Assembly (NCBI GenBank): GCA_030704615.1
Contig: CM060731.1
Span: 73,842,001 to 73,906,000 of the forward strand
Length of the DNA stretch: 64,000 bases
DNA from: Takakia lepidozioides
Lineage: Eukaryota; Plantae; Bryophyta
Reading direction: 5' to 3'
The notes under the pieces are model-generated. The model ran no database searches, was not told where the DNA came from, and was given only the letters and a program-made list of their open reading frames with translations. Shown here piece by piece: positions 45,159 to 63,011 of this stretch. The position numbers and the translations under genes were made by a program. Every line of letters begins with the position of its first letter. The first letter of the stretch is position 1.

Positions 45159-48100
45159 CCTGCACAACTCAAAAGGCTCAGTTACTGACCTTTATGCTCA
45201 AACTCACATCATACATCACATGGCTAACAGAAATTTCATGACAAAAACCTCTTCAAAATGAGAGCCCTTTACTGCACACTATTTCAGGGCTATTAAGCAA
45301 CTTAAGTCCTCCTTTCAGAATTGACTGTACCAACTCCATTTGTTTAAGTTGGAAGATTACATTATCATCAAAACAACACCCGTTGCAAGGAGCTCCAGAT
45401 TGTTCTTGACCTTCTTTTATGGCAGATATGTCTGCTTTCACCCAGAGCAAGTTCGACCAACTCCCGATCCAAAGGACATTGCTGCTGCAATTGTATCTGA
45501 AGTCTGGAGGTCTTGGACTTCTCTGAGAAAACCACAAGTGGGCAGCGGAGCAACAAACTGATAGCAACAGTATGGACTGCTTTTGATGGTGTTTCCCCAC
45601 TGAGTAGAAAAAAATCATAATTGATTATTGATCCAATTCAGTCCACAAATTCTCATCAGGCCAGGTTCAGTCACAGGCCCTCCCTTTTCAATGAAGATAC
45701 TTATCCAACCTGTTGGCCCACCACTGTGAAGGACACAAGAAGCATTCCTGCCGCAGTCTTTTGCTTCCTTGACCTGTACATGTGCACTACAAGGACACGA
45801 GAACTTCACCAGCATTCGACTGGCTCAGTCTGGCGCAGTCTGTTCTGAGTGCTACACATGGATCTTTAACAGCTCTTCCTCAACCTGGGCCTCATTCTGG
45901 GATGCTAGCTTCTCTCTCTCTCCCCCCCTCAGGAAAGTTATTTTTTTTCCCTCTCTCTCCCTCTCTCTCTCTCTCCCTTCCACAAGGCTACTACAAACAA
46001 AGTCTTATGAGTACATCTCTCTCTCTCACTTTGCCAGTTTGGAGCATGGTCTCACTTGCTGTGAATGACAGCACATATGTCACCTCTGTGGCAGGCAACG
46101 GCAGAGTGGCTGTGCTGAAATTGGCACAAATTTTGACCATCAAATCTGTCCCCGGCCTCACTTAAAAAACACAACTCGTTATAAGCAACCATGACGTCGG
46201 TACTGGCCTGCATAAAGGAGTGAGCTCAAAATAGGCCCACATCTTCGTACTTCTCGCGGAATTTCCTGGGCTATGTGCTAGCCCTGCATAAATTTCACCT
46301 ACCCTGGCGGGTATGTACCGAAGCAAGCAATATACACGACTTCACAATGGAAGAAGATGTAAATATTATACACTGCAGACATTTAAGCAGCTTCTGAAGG
46401 AGGTGACGGAAGTAGGACACCCGATTGATACTTTGTAACCCTAAAGTGGACCTCTTCCACCAAGATAGCGTAGTTCCTTCTGGGATGGGTGGAGGAAAAT
46501 ATGGAGCCCAAGGAACACCATTTAGAAGGAGAAAGAAAGTACACAAAGATTTATCTATACCTTCAATCTGTTTCCCTCGAGGCTGGGAACGCGGCATAGC
46601 CAACACTTGCAAGGGTCCTGGGGCCCGACATGAAAATATGGATATCCACCTCCGCTCCATAGCCCTGTCGCTTGATCTGCTACCACCGGTCGATCTGCTG
46701 CAAGACGCCAGACGCTCCACCCCTTCCCCGCAAGGAGAATACATATCCTTGGGGACTTCCACCAACGCGCGCACAAGAGTTGCGCAGCGCGCTGCCATCC
46801 CCGGTGCTCGCAGAAAGAAGACGCACCGAGAATCTCTTGTCGGACGAAGCTCTCACGGACTCGCACTCATAGCCTTCTATGAAGAATCCGAGGGCAAATC
46901 CACCGGACATTGGCAACTTCATGGACGAAAATTCCTTCTCCTTCCACCTCTCAATTCTGCAAGTTCTTTCTGAGATGTTGTGGATGCATGCAGATGGGAA
47001 TCTCTCTTCTGGATCGCCTGCAGAAATTCGCCGAGAGACCAGAGCAGCAGTCCGTTGCTAGGGTTTGCATTCTTCACTGCATCCACCGGGAAAGGCGCTC
47101 CCACCCCGGCCAAAATCCTCGGTCATCGGATAACCCATTATTCATCCATTATAATCCGTTAATCATCCATCACACAAGTGGGAATCTCGCCGGCGTTCAT
47201 CCATATGCTCCGAGAGTTGTTGACGTTCGTCGGAATGTTTCTCGCTGGGGTCCTCGTACAGTCAAAGCAGAGGAGAGAGGAGAGAGAAAGAAGAGGGGGC
47301 TTCGAGAATCGAGGGCCCCGCCGGGGAGTGTGTGGAGGGATGCTGTGGCATTTAATTGAGCATTATCATCACGGTTTTTTCCAGATACTGAACATGGGCT
47401 ACGCTGTATCTTAGGGGAGGATCTTGGTACATGGAAGGGGATTGAGTCTGTAGCGGGGAGGAGTAGTTTAGTGTTTTCTTGGCCAATTGGGAGGAGCTGC
47501 CAATTCTGACTTTTCACGCTGTCTGGTGTGCGGGTTTGTGATCGGGGCGCTGTTGTGTAAGTAACTTTGTCGGGCTGGCGATTTTGAAGAGCAAACTGTC
47601 TGGAAGCCTTCATCTGGAGGCTTCGGAGTGGATTTCCAGACAGGTTGTTGACTATGCTGAGAAGATGTGCAGTAGTAGATAATCTGTCGACCATATCCAA
47701 TTTTATTTGGAGGAGCGGGCCATCATCAAGAACCGTGGATTTTGGCTGCTTTTTCTCTGAAGTCGAGTTATTTTACAGGGCGCACGGTTTCAATTTTGAC
47801 GCCGCAGCTGTTGTGGGCACCTTGGACGGCTCAGCAGGGATGTGACACTGTGTTTAGGTCAGTAGTTGGCCTTGGGCCACTTCCTTTATGAATGTGTGTA
47901 GGGAGGGGTTAGTGTGGAACTTCAAGATTTGGTTTGAGCCACAGCTGGTGGGATATAGCATCTGGTGCCTTGTCCCAAACCCAACGTTGTTTGTGTCTTC
48001 TTGAGGAACCCCACGTTGGGCAATCCTCCTCTAGTTCCAGGCTTGCAGCTTCCTTTTTGGAAGAATTCTATGGAAATCTCTACACGCAGGCTCCAATCCT

Positions 48101-48824
48101 TTTCCGGTGTGAGAGGTCTATGAGACGTCCACGTTTCTTCCCTTTGAGCAGTGGGTCATGCCCGACGGGTATACCCTACCGCAAAGATCATCCATACCGT
48201 GATATACTAACAACTTCAAGCAGGTTTCGGTAAGTTATGAAGAGTCCTGAGCAGACACGCTCACAGTCCTCTCTTAATGCATTTGGAGCTCATCGGTAAA
48301 AATTCTTCACGTAAGCTGAATTTAGGTTTTCTCAGAGCGTAATCATTCGCATTGCAGGTGCTTTACCACATGCTCGGAACTGCTGGAAAGGAAAATTTGT
48401 TTTGTACATAATGCGACAACGATGGCACACTCCAACTATGTGACACATGAACATGATGCACTCGGTTGCGGCCAACTTAATCACCTCCCAATCTGTTTCC
48501 AGTGATTCTCCCATTCAGGGTTGTCCTATTCCCAGGGGAGCTTGATTTGCCGTTGCAAGTCACTGTACTGTATAACATTGCCTTCCACTCTGATCAGAGA
48601 AGTTGCATCAGCAATTCAAGTCTAGCAAGTAGAAAATTCGTCGACAAGAACCAAGGATCGCTGTGCAATGTGTAGTTAGCCGCAACAGGGTAGGGAGCTC
48701 TGGATACTTAGGAGAGATATAAAGCTCTAGGCAGGTTTTGCTTGGAATAGTACCTTTTTCCTAGGCAGCGTGGTTGTATTTAAAAATAAGGAATCAGGAA
48801 AGGTGTAGGTTAGAACAGGTCAGC

Positions 48825-49766
48825 ATGGCACAATCTGTGGGAGCAGCCTACTGGTGGCAAGCTAGCCTTCAGCAAAAGTTAGCTTGTCAAGTGACTCGCT
48901 CAAAAATGCACATGTTTTCCAGCATCACGGTCCCTTCCTTCTTCCCACGAACAGCATGGGAAGATCTCATGGTGCCTCGATTCCCTTTTGAGACAACAAA
49001 CCCTGAGAGTCCGAAGCTATCTGTGGCATATCCGTCAATCATTTGCTTCAGAGATGATGATCTACCTTTTCCAGAGCATCTGGTGGAGAGTGACCTGAGT
49101 GTGCGTACTAATCTGGAGATCAGATATAGCCCATGGGCGGTTCAAATGATGAATGGATTTGGAAAGAAGGAGACAAGCCAAATGAAGGAAAGCACAGGTG
49201 GGCAGTGACTTTTTTAAGCGTGCTTAGCTCTCCCTCGCAGAAGATTGGTATGGATAGTAACTCTGAAATTCCTGCCTATGATGACCTTAAGTTGTGCTGC
49301 TTGTAGAATCTGGACCCAAGCAAGTCCGTTGCGGAATGGTGTGGAAAAAACGGAGGATTGTCAGTACCTGGATTTAGAGTAGGTATTTTTTGTCTCTGCT
49401 TCAATGTCCGATTTAATTTGTCCTGTTGGGGATGAATTCTTCTATCAGACTTCTCATTTGGTTATGTATTGCATGGAGCAACTGGCTTTATGTATTTACT
49501 ATTGGAAAGAACTCTCTGCAGGGGGGCCTCCAGGAAATGGAAACGGGGGAGATGGTGAAGGAGGTGATGGAGGTGGTGGAGGGGACGATGATGATGAGGG
49601 GCATATTTTTCTACTTCCGGTGCTGACCCTAGCGTTTGCGGCATTTCATTTGGGCTACTGTATCGCTATCTGGGTGAAGGATGACAGTTTGGACTTCGAT
49701 TTTTTTCGCACAGGTCTTGGTCTGTTCTGTCTCCTAGCAGTGGCAGCAATGCGCCTCAATGCGTGA
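48825..49766 (+). other. Possible spliced gene or pseudogene for an unknown membrane protein
   Basis: Two ORF blocks with splice-like boundaries. The second has a Gly/Asp-rich linker (GGPPGNGNGGDGEGGDGGGGGDDDDE) followed by two hydrophobic segments. I could not join the exons in one frame. Confidence 0.3.
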
Positions 49767-49949
49767 GTCTCTCTCTCTCCCTCTCTCTCTGTGCAACCAG
49801 GCTGTCGAGTTTGCATGCGGACAAGTGTCTCTGTGAGTGCCTTAATGGCAGTTGCAGGAAAATAAGTTGATACCGGCAGCTGAGCTGCAGGGATAAGATA
49901 AACTCTGGTGGGTGCAAACCCCACAAAAGGCTCTGGGCTCCCTTGGGGT

Positions 49950-50240
49950 GAATGGCCGCAAGGCTAATGGAAAAACAACGTTTGCAGGGAATCGTGTGAG
50001 TACATTCTTTCTTTCTCTCTCTCTCTCTCTCTCTCTGCCTGAACTTGTTCCGCTCATACTGGGCGCGGGGTCAATGGCCACAAGGCTATGCCAAACGACG
50101 TCTTATGAGTACATTCTCTCTCTGCCTGAACTAATTGTCTATATCAATGTAAGTCACACTACTGAAGTGAGCCATCCAAACTGGGCACAGGGTCTATGGC
50201 CACAAGGCTATGGCAAACAAAGTCTTAGGAGTACATTCTC
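49950..50240 (+). repeat. Three degenerate tandem units (ATGGCCACAAGGCTA..GAGTACATTCT), with a related copy at 45978-46030
   Basis: Shared core CACAAGGCTA..CAAAC..GTCTTATGAGTACAT followed by CT-rich tracts. Confidence 0.7.
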
Positions 50241-52002
50241 GATTCCTGATGTGTGGTTTGCCTGAAGACAATGTCCATTCTCTGACACAATGTGCGGGGT
50301 ATTGTCATTAGAGAGTGTCCCTCTTCAGGACCATCAAGATTTTAGTTGCTGCACCTCTGTTCACCAACTTTTAAAATCTCAATGCTGAGCCTAAGCCCTA
50401 GCCTGTTGGGGTCTAACTCACCCATAGCAGATTGATGCTTGTGTGAAGGGCTTTCTTGAGGAAATCCGGAAAGCCTGAACAAGTTGTTTATATTACAGTA
50501 GTCCCATTGCTGTGAGTATCAGTGCAGTATATCTCTGTCCCCTGGGCTTGCCATGGATGTAATAAATTTCTTCCTCTTCTTATCCTTATGCTTTTCTCTC
50601 CAAACCCAATTGGGGTCTGTGGCAATCAGGTATGCAAGGCTAAGGAGGAGGTCTTCTTTTTCAAGCATCATGTCTTCAAAAGTGGTCAATTTAATGCTTT
50701 GTTAATGTTCTGGGTGATTCAGCCGGACTGGCATTGATGCATACATTTTAGGGCTTGGAGCATCTGTTGGTGTCATGGTGTGGACAGGTATGCACATATC
50801 CTGGCATTGCACTTTCTATTTCCAATTATTACAAGCAAGACATTGTTGACTGTGGGAGGGCTACAACATGGTCATAATAGGTAAGGTTGCACTCATCTGT
50901 GCGTTTCTCATCTCATTTAATTTTTTCAGTCTATATTGCCAAGCTTGTGGATTCACATGGAATGATTTGGTGGATGAGGCCAGGGCTAGAAGTAAAATAC
51001 CTGTATCCTTTCCCACCCCCCGAATTGCCATCCTTCTCCCTCTCTTCTGTTTCTTGTCCTCATAAATTTACTTCCCTCGGTGGCAGGGGAACGGTGTCTC
51101 GTGAAGAGAGAAGGCAGCCCAGCAGGCATCGTGGCTCTCTTTGCAGCATCCATGGCTGTCATGTTCACGGCAGCATTGTACCACACATTCTGAATTTCTT
51201 ATCACTTGAAAACCCCAAGGGCGTTTGAGCACCAAAGTGATTCCCCCAAGATTCGTAGTGCTGGATTTAACATCATGCTTTTTACTATGATGTAACATCA
51301 GATCTTGAATGAACCTGATTGCATAGGTTGTGTGAAAGACATGGCCAAATTCGAGGAGAGTTTCATATGCTGGTGGGTTCAATCCCCACAACCATCTCCA
51401 GGAGGTTGGGATTGTGGATGGAGTATTCTCTCATGGGTAATGCCATAGCCCAGGAAGCTGTCCATGGGTTCACCTTTTTCGGACGAAATGTGAAAGAAGT
51501 GCAGCTACCAGGGCAGCAGGACTTAGGAAAAACATCGAGTCTAGAAGGACTTCAACTTTTGCATCTGCATTATGTCACAGCAGATAGCTTGGAGGTGTTA
51601 TATCTGGGCAAATCACTGGGCACTGGTTGGCATTAGAAGCTGCTGGGACCCCAATAGTTGATGGGTGGGCAACATATGAGAGTCTAGTCGAGTGCTCTAC
51701 AGTTCAGCTGGTTACTAGTCTGATTCTGCTATGTACATATCAGAACATGGCTGGGTAGCGGAGTAAAATTTCTGAACTCCTGAAGATCTGATAGAAAGAT
51801 GAAAGGATCCTTGATGTGGGGACGGCATTTCATTTTATCAATTGTTGTCCATCTGTCAGATCATGATGGGTGGCGGACACTAATTTCTGCATTCCTGAGC
51901 CATGAGAGGGGGTAGAAACATGAAAGGATCCTTGACATTGGAACTGCTAAAAGCTTCATGTATATCAATTGTTGTGCATGGGCTGCATTCTGTGGTAGAT
52001 TC

Positions 52003-52545
52003 CAGTGTCGTACTGGTATGTGCCAGTTGGCGGGGGTACATACAAGGGTATAGGTAAGGGTATAGGTAAGGGTATGCCAGAACCAACCCGGCTCTAATGT
52101 CATGCAACCTATACCCCGGCTGTGTGTAGAACTTAGGGTTTAGGGTTCCAAACATACCCAACTGATACCATACCGGTCAGAGTAGCTGGTGGAGCAATAC
52201 TGCAATTGTGAACAGTACTGGGGGGTTTTTTTTTTTTTCAGATGGGAGGGGTAGCGATTGCGAACAGTACTGGAGGGGTAGCACTCATGGCATAAATTGG
52301 TCAGCGTACAAGGTATAATGTACAGGTATGATGTCTGTTGGGTATACCATACCATTGTACATGCTGCCCCAATATGTCATTTGAGTTTTTGCCATAGGAC
52401 CGGGTTATCTCAAAATTGGAAATACCAGTATCCCTCCCTGTAACCTACCCTGGCCAGTCGTAATCTACACTGGGCCCTACCAGTTGGACGTTGGACCTAC
52501 CAGGACCACTATGGTATGTCAAATGGACATACCAGTACAACACTG
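52003..52545. mobile_element. hAT-type MITE (543 bp), 8-bp TSD GTAGATTC
   Basis: TIRs CAGTGTCGTACTGGTATG and CATACCAGTACAACACTG (17/18); perfect TSD at 51995-52002 and 52546-52553. Confidence 0.93.
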
Positions 52546-54095
52546 GTAGATTCCACTACGGAGGCCTGTGGGGTTGGATGCAAATTCCTGCAGTGTTTGA
52601 TAGATTGTACATGCTACCTACCTTTTGTTCCTGATCAGTGGAGGCTGGCCACACTTGTGATAAACTGAAAAAGAGTATTCCGGACTATGGACCTGCAGAG
52701 GATATTACAAGAGCCTCAAGTAAGTTAGGTGAGCTACTTCCCTCATTACCATGTGTTTTCTGGAGTTCCCTGGGTAAAGTCTCTGCCTGCTGATCTCAAA
52801 TCCTGAAACCCCATTACGTTAACTAAGATCAGTAGCTGACTAGTGCAGTTGATTAAAAAAATGAGGCTCCCTCTCACCTAGAACAGAATTCGCCTATGTA
52901 CTATGGAAAGGTGTCCACTTCCTGCTGGAAGGCAGTAGCCCTTGGGGGTCAAGAGACACCATAATTTACACTTCCTTGGGGAGGCCTCATACATATATAT
53001 GTACATGTATGTACTATGGAAACTGACTAACATCTGGAATTAGACATGCATATTCTACCCGGACAGTTCTAGAGTAAAGAATAGGCGAGCCAAAATTTTC
53101 GAATGGGCAGAGATCCGGGCAGAAAGTTCCATCGAGGCGGCAGTACTCGGCCTGCCCAAAATGAAACAAGCTGGACCCTGACACCAATTTATTAATGTAA
53201 TATTTGTGCAATGATGCTCTTATTAATAATATTTGTACATGATTAATGAAATAATTAAATTCCTTAAAACACTGCATGTTCCCAAAAGTTTCATGGGAAC
53301 AAAACCAAGGTATAAGAGTATGGCCTAAATAATATTTCAAATGATGATGATGGCTCAACGGCCCATGGATTGCCTATCCCCACTAACAATAATAATAATA
53401 GTAATATTAAAGAAAATAAAAATGGTTGTTTTAATTTTAATAGATAAATAGATATATGAACGTAATTTTAAAAATAAATAAATAATGACATTTATCTATT
53501 TAAATGTGACATTTTTTTTTAAATAAAATAAAATATTTCTAATTAATCTCATTTTTCTATATATGTCATCCATTAATTAGGACCTGGATCCGAACCCGTG
53601 ACCCCGTTAATTTTTTCCAGCAACTATCTGGACCCGGACCGGACTCCGTGTTCTAAAACCCGTACCGGAACCCCAACCCGGATTTTCCAAATTTCAAAAC
53701 CCCGAACCAAACCCGGACTGGGCTCCAAAAAAAAATACCGGGCGGCGGGTTCCTTAAAAAGGCACAACACGCACAACACTGTTCCCAACCTGCGCATCGC
53801 AAAAAACAGGGCAGATGATTTGAACACTCTCTTTATGCCATGTAAGATGCTACCTATCAATGTCTACGCACTATGGAATGGTCGGGGTAGATGACACCCG
53901 AACTGTTCCATCGCGTAAATCACCCCAAGCAAAAACCCGAGAGGTGAAATGAGTAATTAAGATAGCCTATCCAAAAAGCTCCACAAACCGCCACCTATAG
54001 ATCTCCTTATAGATATCTACGTACTGTGGAATAATCCTGTACATTTCTTAAACCAATGAAGACTTGAAACGTGGCAAACTGAGATTCGACAGTGC

Positions 54096-54312
54096 TTTTT
54101 TCTTTTGTCTTTTTTTATTTCCCCCAAGGAAACGCCAGCCCCAGCACTGCAATTGGACCTTCAAGTTGAGGAAGAAAAGTGAACCCCCTTTTCTGAGCCA
54201 TGGAGGCATTACAAGGGCAGAGCCCCAGCTTGAAGAAGAGACAGAAGACAGGGGTTTGAACCCCAAACCCAAAGGCCAATACGGGAGTCGCTTACCACCG
54301 GGCCACAGCCCT
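54096..54312 (-). mobile_element. tRNA-derived SINE with A-rich tail
   Basis: Minus strand reads AGGGCTGTGGCCCGGTGGTAAGC..GGTTCAAACCCCTGTC..CAAGCTGGGGCTCTGCCC.TGTAATGCCTCCATGG with an A-rich tail; same family as 20464-20640. Confidence 0.8.
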
Positions 54313-54765
54313 GAGGAGCGCTTTTCTCTTTTTATTAATTTTTTTAAAGGCGTTTTGTTTTTTTTAAAGGGGGCATTTTCTATTTTCAAACTGACAAGAA
54401 ATTGTTCATTGGAGCAATCTCATATTGGAAAATTGTTGATCGATCCAACAGATGCAAAGTAGAAACTTCATCTAACGGATCAGAAACGTAATGGTGAAGG
54501 CACTGATCGATCCAGCAGATACTACTGATCACGGTTCCAGTGTCCGTAAGGTTACTGCAAAATTGATTCTTACGTTTTGCAGAAGATCACAGATCGTCAG
54601 ACTGGAGAGCGGCCGGTTCTTTGCGGTTGCGTGCAGATGATGTGCTCAAGAGAGAGAGATAAATAGAGGGAGGGCCGAATGGTGATTCAAGATTTGAAGG
54701 GAAACTTGTATTCAGCTGGAACTTGTGAAGTGAATGCGAGGCGAGGACCGAGAAAGAGTGATAAG

Positions 54766-59112
<4,347 letters not shown>

Positions 59113-59298
59113 GTAAGTTGGATGCATGCAGGCTCCAGTTTCCTATCTCTTCAACTCTATCTGCAACGGGAGGACACGAATGACACTACCTCACATCGGG
59201 ACACTACCACCGTCATTCGGGGTTCGCTCTTCATCAAATGCACCCATGACATGATTTCACCGTTGAAACAAATATATATATATGTGTTCAAATAGTTT

Positions 59299-59455
59299 AG
59301 GGTGGAGCGGGTAGCCCAGTTGGATTGTGCACACTGTGTGACCCTAGTGGGTTGAGCCCTATGCCTCATGGCTTATATATGAAAAGGGGCTAGTTGTAGG
59401 CCCCCTGAATTGAGAGCTGTTGCTCAGGTCTCCTTTCTAAATTAAGAAATTACAA
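59299..59455 (+). mobile_element. Possible second tRNA-derived SINE
   Basis: A-box-like TAGCCCAGTTGG, degenerate B-box GGTTGAGCCC and an A-rich end; only one copy in the window. Confidence 0.35.
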
Positions 59456-59838
59456 AAGTTGTGTTATGTAATGCCCTGCTGTATGTATGCAAATATTTTG
59501 GATGGTAAAATACCATTATATATATTTAATCTAGGAAATTCAACTTACGTGAGCGCAGCAAGGTTTGAACCCACAAGCGGACAATTAACAAATGAAACCC
59601 TTATTTGCCGGTGGGAAGAGGGCATGCCGAAGTGGAGGGGTGGGTGGAAAGGCCACATACAAGTTAGTAGAAGGAAAAAGGGGGGTTTGGTGGGTGGGCA
59701 GGTGGGTTAGGTGGAGGGACAGCTCGAAAGAGCTGTTTGATTTATGGAGACTCCGCCGCCTCTCGCCTCCCAAAGGTTATGTAACAAGCTCCGGCTCTTT
59801 ACTGCTCATCCATAGTAGTAACTAAAGTGGGGTCTGTC

Positions 59839-60420
59839 CAGTATTGGACTGGTATACCGATAGGAAACTGGTATGAAGTACCGGACCAAGTCTGGTATCA
59901 CCTCAGGCCACTACCTAGCATATACCCGTATTGGCCTGATATCTGCTGGTTGAAAATCTGGTACCTGATACCAGTACCAAATCCATTTTTGTGAGGAAAA
60001 CCTAGGTATCAATATCGAGGGCGCAATATGCACTATGCACGATATGGATGAAGCTTTCAATAAGCAAAATAGAAATCAGGTCTTGGGGGTGTGATATGTG
60101 ATTGTACCATTGAGCCTTCAAATTCAATGAGAAGCATGCTTTGTACACATTTATATGAGAAGTGGGCCTTTCAATATTACCATATCGTGAATTTGTTTGA
60201 TATTAGACCAATATTGATAATACCCTCGTATCGGTTGCTAAATATTACTGCTATTGATACCCGTAAAACACCACACCAATCATGTATTATTGATACCACC
60301 ATGGTATCCAAATCTCAGATTTTTGCCAATACCAATACCTCCTTGGTATCACAATTGGCCAGAGGGCTATATACCAATACCAGCCTGGTGTGTTGAAAAT
60401 ACGATACCAGTCCAACAGTG
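59839..60420. mobile_element. hAT-type MITE (582 bp)
   Basis: Ends CAGTATTGGACTGGTAT and ATACCAGTCCAACAGTG; TSD GGTCTGTC / GTTCTGTC (7/8). Confidence 0.8.
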
Positions 60421-60626
60421 GTTCTGTCCAGTCACTGCCCAAAACAAACAAGTCCATAGGTATACTAACTAATAGAGGAAATAGAAATGAGTGAATATAG
60501 TGATAGATTTTTTTTTTCCTTAAAAGGGAAACACCTCCCAGCGATAGCTCACAATTAGGCCCCTTAATTATAGTGAGAGGAGAAAATAACCTCTTCCAGC
60601 CCAAGGGGAGGGGGAGAAGAGCATAC

Positions 60627-61222
60627 CAGTGTTAGACTGGTATATAGGTGAAAGATTGGTATTATATACTAGTATATGCACTGGTATTAGATACCAGACC
60701 AATCTGGTATCATGTGGGAAAATACTTGGTCATATACCATATCATGCTGGTATCAGCTTTTTCATACCAGCCACAATAACAGTAAACAAATTGCAATCAC
60801 CCGTGCCCATGCAGACTAATTTGTACTGCTCATAAATTAGTGAGGGTCTTTGTATTGTAATGCTGGATTGTAATAAAAGGGAGAAACGTTGGATGCCATG
60901 ACAAACCTTAGAAATCCTGCATATTGTACCTTGTATGCCATACCTTGTACGATGACCATTGTACGCCATAACTGCTACCCCTCCTATCTCCAAACACTGT
61001 CCCCTAAGTATTGTTCGCTATTGTTGGCAATCAGAGTATTGCTCCGCCAGCTACTGTGACTCGTATGGTATCAGTGTGGGTATGTTTGGAACCCTAAACC
61101 CTAAGTTCTACATACACCCGGGGTATAGGTTGCATGACATACCAGCCGGGTTGGTTCTAGCATGTCCTTACCCATACCCTTGCACATACCCCCGCCGACT
61201 GGCACAAACCAGTACAACACTG
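60627..61222. mobile_element. Composite hAT-type MITE
   Basis: Left end CAGTGTTAGACTGGTAT resembles the element at 61231; 60960-61222 is the reverse complement of 52003-52330. Flanking 8-mers differ (GAGCATAC / GTGATAAC). Confidence 0.7.
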
Positions 61223-61230
61223 GTGATAAC

Positions 61231-61618
61231 GAGTGTCGGACTGGTATATGTATTGGTATTAGATACCAGACCAGTCTGGTATCCTTTGGGAGACTCGATA
61301 CATGGTCATCTACCATACCAGCCTAGTATCAGTTTTTTCATACCAGCCACAATCCCACTACTCCCCCGCCATCTTCCTCATTTAGTCTAATATGTGTATT
61401 ATAGTAATTTATGTGCACATATGCCTACATACTTGTATTTATGTAGAGTTGATATCTAATATCAGCTGGTATTGTGGTCATGATACTCACACTCATAGCA
61501 GTATCTGCAAAAAATGCATTCACCCTTATATAGATCAGACTAGTTTGAAAGTTTTGTGATACGTCCAGTACCATGACCAGTGTGGTTTGTATAAAACTTA
61601 GATACCAATCCAACACTC
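61231..61618. mobile_element. hAT-type MITE (388 bp)
   Basis: Ends GAGTGTCGGACTGGTAT and ATACCAATCCAACACTC; TSD GTGATAAC / GTTATAAC (7/8). Confidence 0.8.
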
Positions 61619-63011
61619 GTTATAACTTGTGTTGGTCTGGTATCTTGAATTGGAAATACCATAAGGGTCCTGGTATGTAGTGCTGAAATTTTTTAAGGCA
61701 GGTAGGTTTTCCAATAATGCAGCCCCTGATTTTTTCGAGTATGAATATGCATAGAGTGGTTTAAAAAAAAAATCAATCCGGATATGAGCAATGGATATGA
61801 ATGTCAATAACCTAGAAATATGAACTCGTATATGGTATTTTTATTATTTTTTAAAATGGTACTAGTATTCAAATTCAAATTCGATATTGAAATGGCCATT
61901 TGAACAGATACCAACCCCCATATAATTATACACTGATTCAGAATTGCATCCATAGTGTCTCGCAAATGAAGATCAAAGTGTCATTGTTATAATCAAAACA
62001 GCTAGTATATGCCCCCTAGCCCTAAATCTCTACTCTACATTACAAAGTACCCCAATCAACATCCTCAAAGTATGGAACCCGAAGCTGCCAAAAGAGGTGC
62101 TCATAAACACATGAAACCTTGCATCCATAATGTCTATATGTGCATATTAGGGACTAGTCGAGCTCTGAATCTAGTAGGGGGCAGGGAAAGGAGAACCCTA
62201 ACCCCCGCCAGTTAGGGTTTGGGGGGCCGCCATGGAACTCGAGAACCTTTTGGTAGGGTACTACAAATGTTTAGGGGAACAGAGAACAGTAGGTTAGGTT
62301 AGGAGAGACCCGGGTTGATACCCAGCGAAACCCATATACCTGACGAACACTGGTTATAACATAATTAACACTTTGAAGTGCTGTTACATATATATTGAAT
62401 ATGTGAAAAAACAAAAAGAAAGAAAGTAATATTAGAGCAGATTTGACAGGAAAATAGCTCTCATAATCCAAAATTTTAATTCAAATTTTTTTCTTGGGGT
62501 TTCTTTTTGGACGGCTTAAAAAATGACAACAATGACTTGGTGACAGTGACGTGCTTCCTATGCCACCGTATTCCTGCTGTCATTCTCATACTTCAATTTT
62601 TTCTTGGGCAGCCCAAAAAATGACGATGATGACGTTGCTGAAGATGATGTGTCCTATAAACAGCCCCCAATTGTGGCGACCATGATGTTGGCACTGTGGC
62701 ACCATATTCCTGCTCTACACTAAAACTAGTCTCCTGACCTCACTAGAATTTCAAATGAAGAGAGGCCGATGTTGAATGAAGATTTAGAAACTACAATAAG
62801 CTAAATATACCAAAAGGTATAATGAGTTGGACTATTATGTTTTAGTACTGAGTATTTCCGCTGCTTAACTGACAACAAAAGACCTAGTCAAATAATCTTG
62901 AAGTTTACTACTACATACATGCAATGACCAGTGGTACTGCAGAAGAGGTGTTTCAAGGTCTTTCATGCTGATGACTTAGAATGGAAGTCATGTCTGTGAT
63001 AGTGTACCGAA

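Noticed and set aside
45253-46973. ORFs upstream of the PPR gene (167, 182 and 121 aa) as genes or PPR 5' exons
   Set aside because: The plausible splice of 46798-46560 to the 45.5-kb exon hits a stop and does not match the phase of the PPR acceptor; no homology recognised.
52133-52147. TTAGGGTTTAGGGTT (and its complement at 61090-61104) as interstitial telomere
   Set aside because: Only two units, carried inside the hAT MITE.
53577-53757. ACCCG/CCGG-rich segment resembling a small hAT MITE
   Set aside because: The TIRs match poorly and no 8-bp TSD is present.
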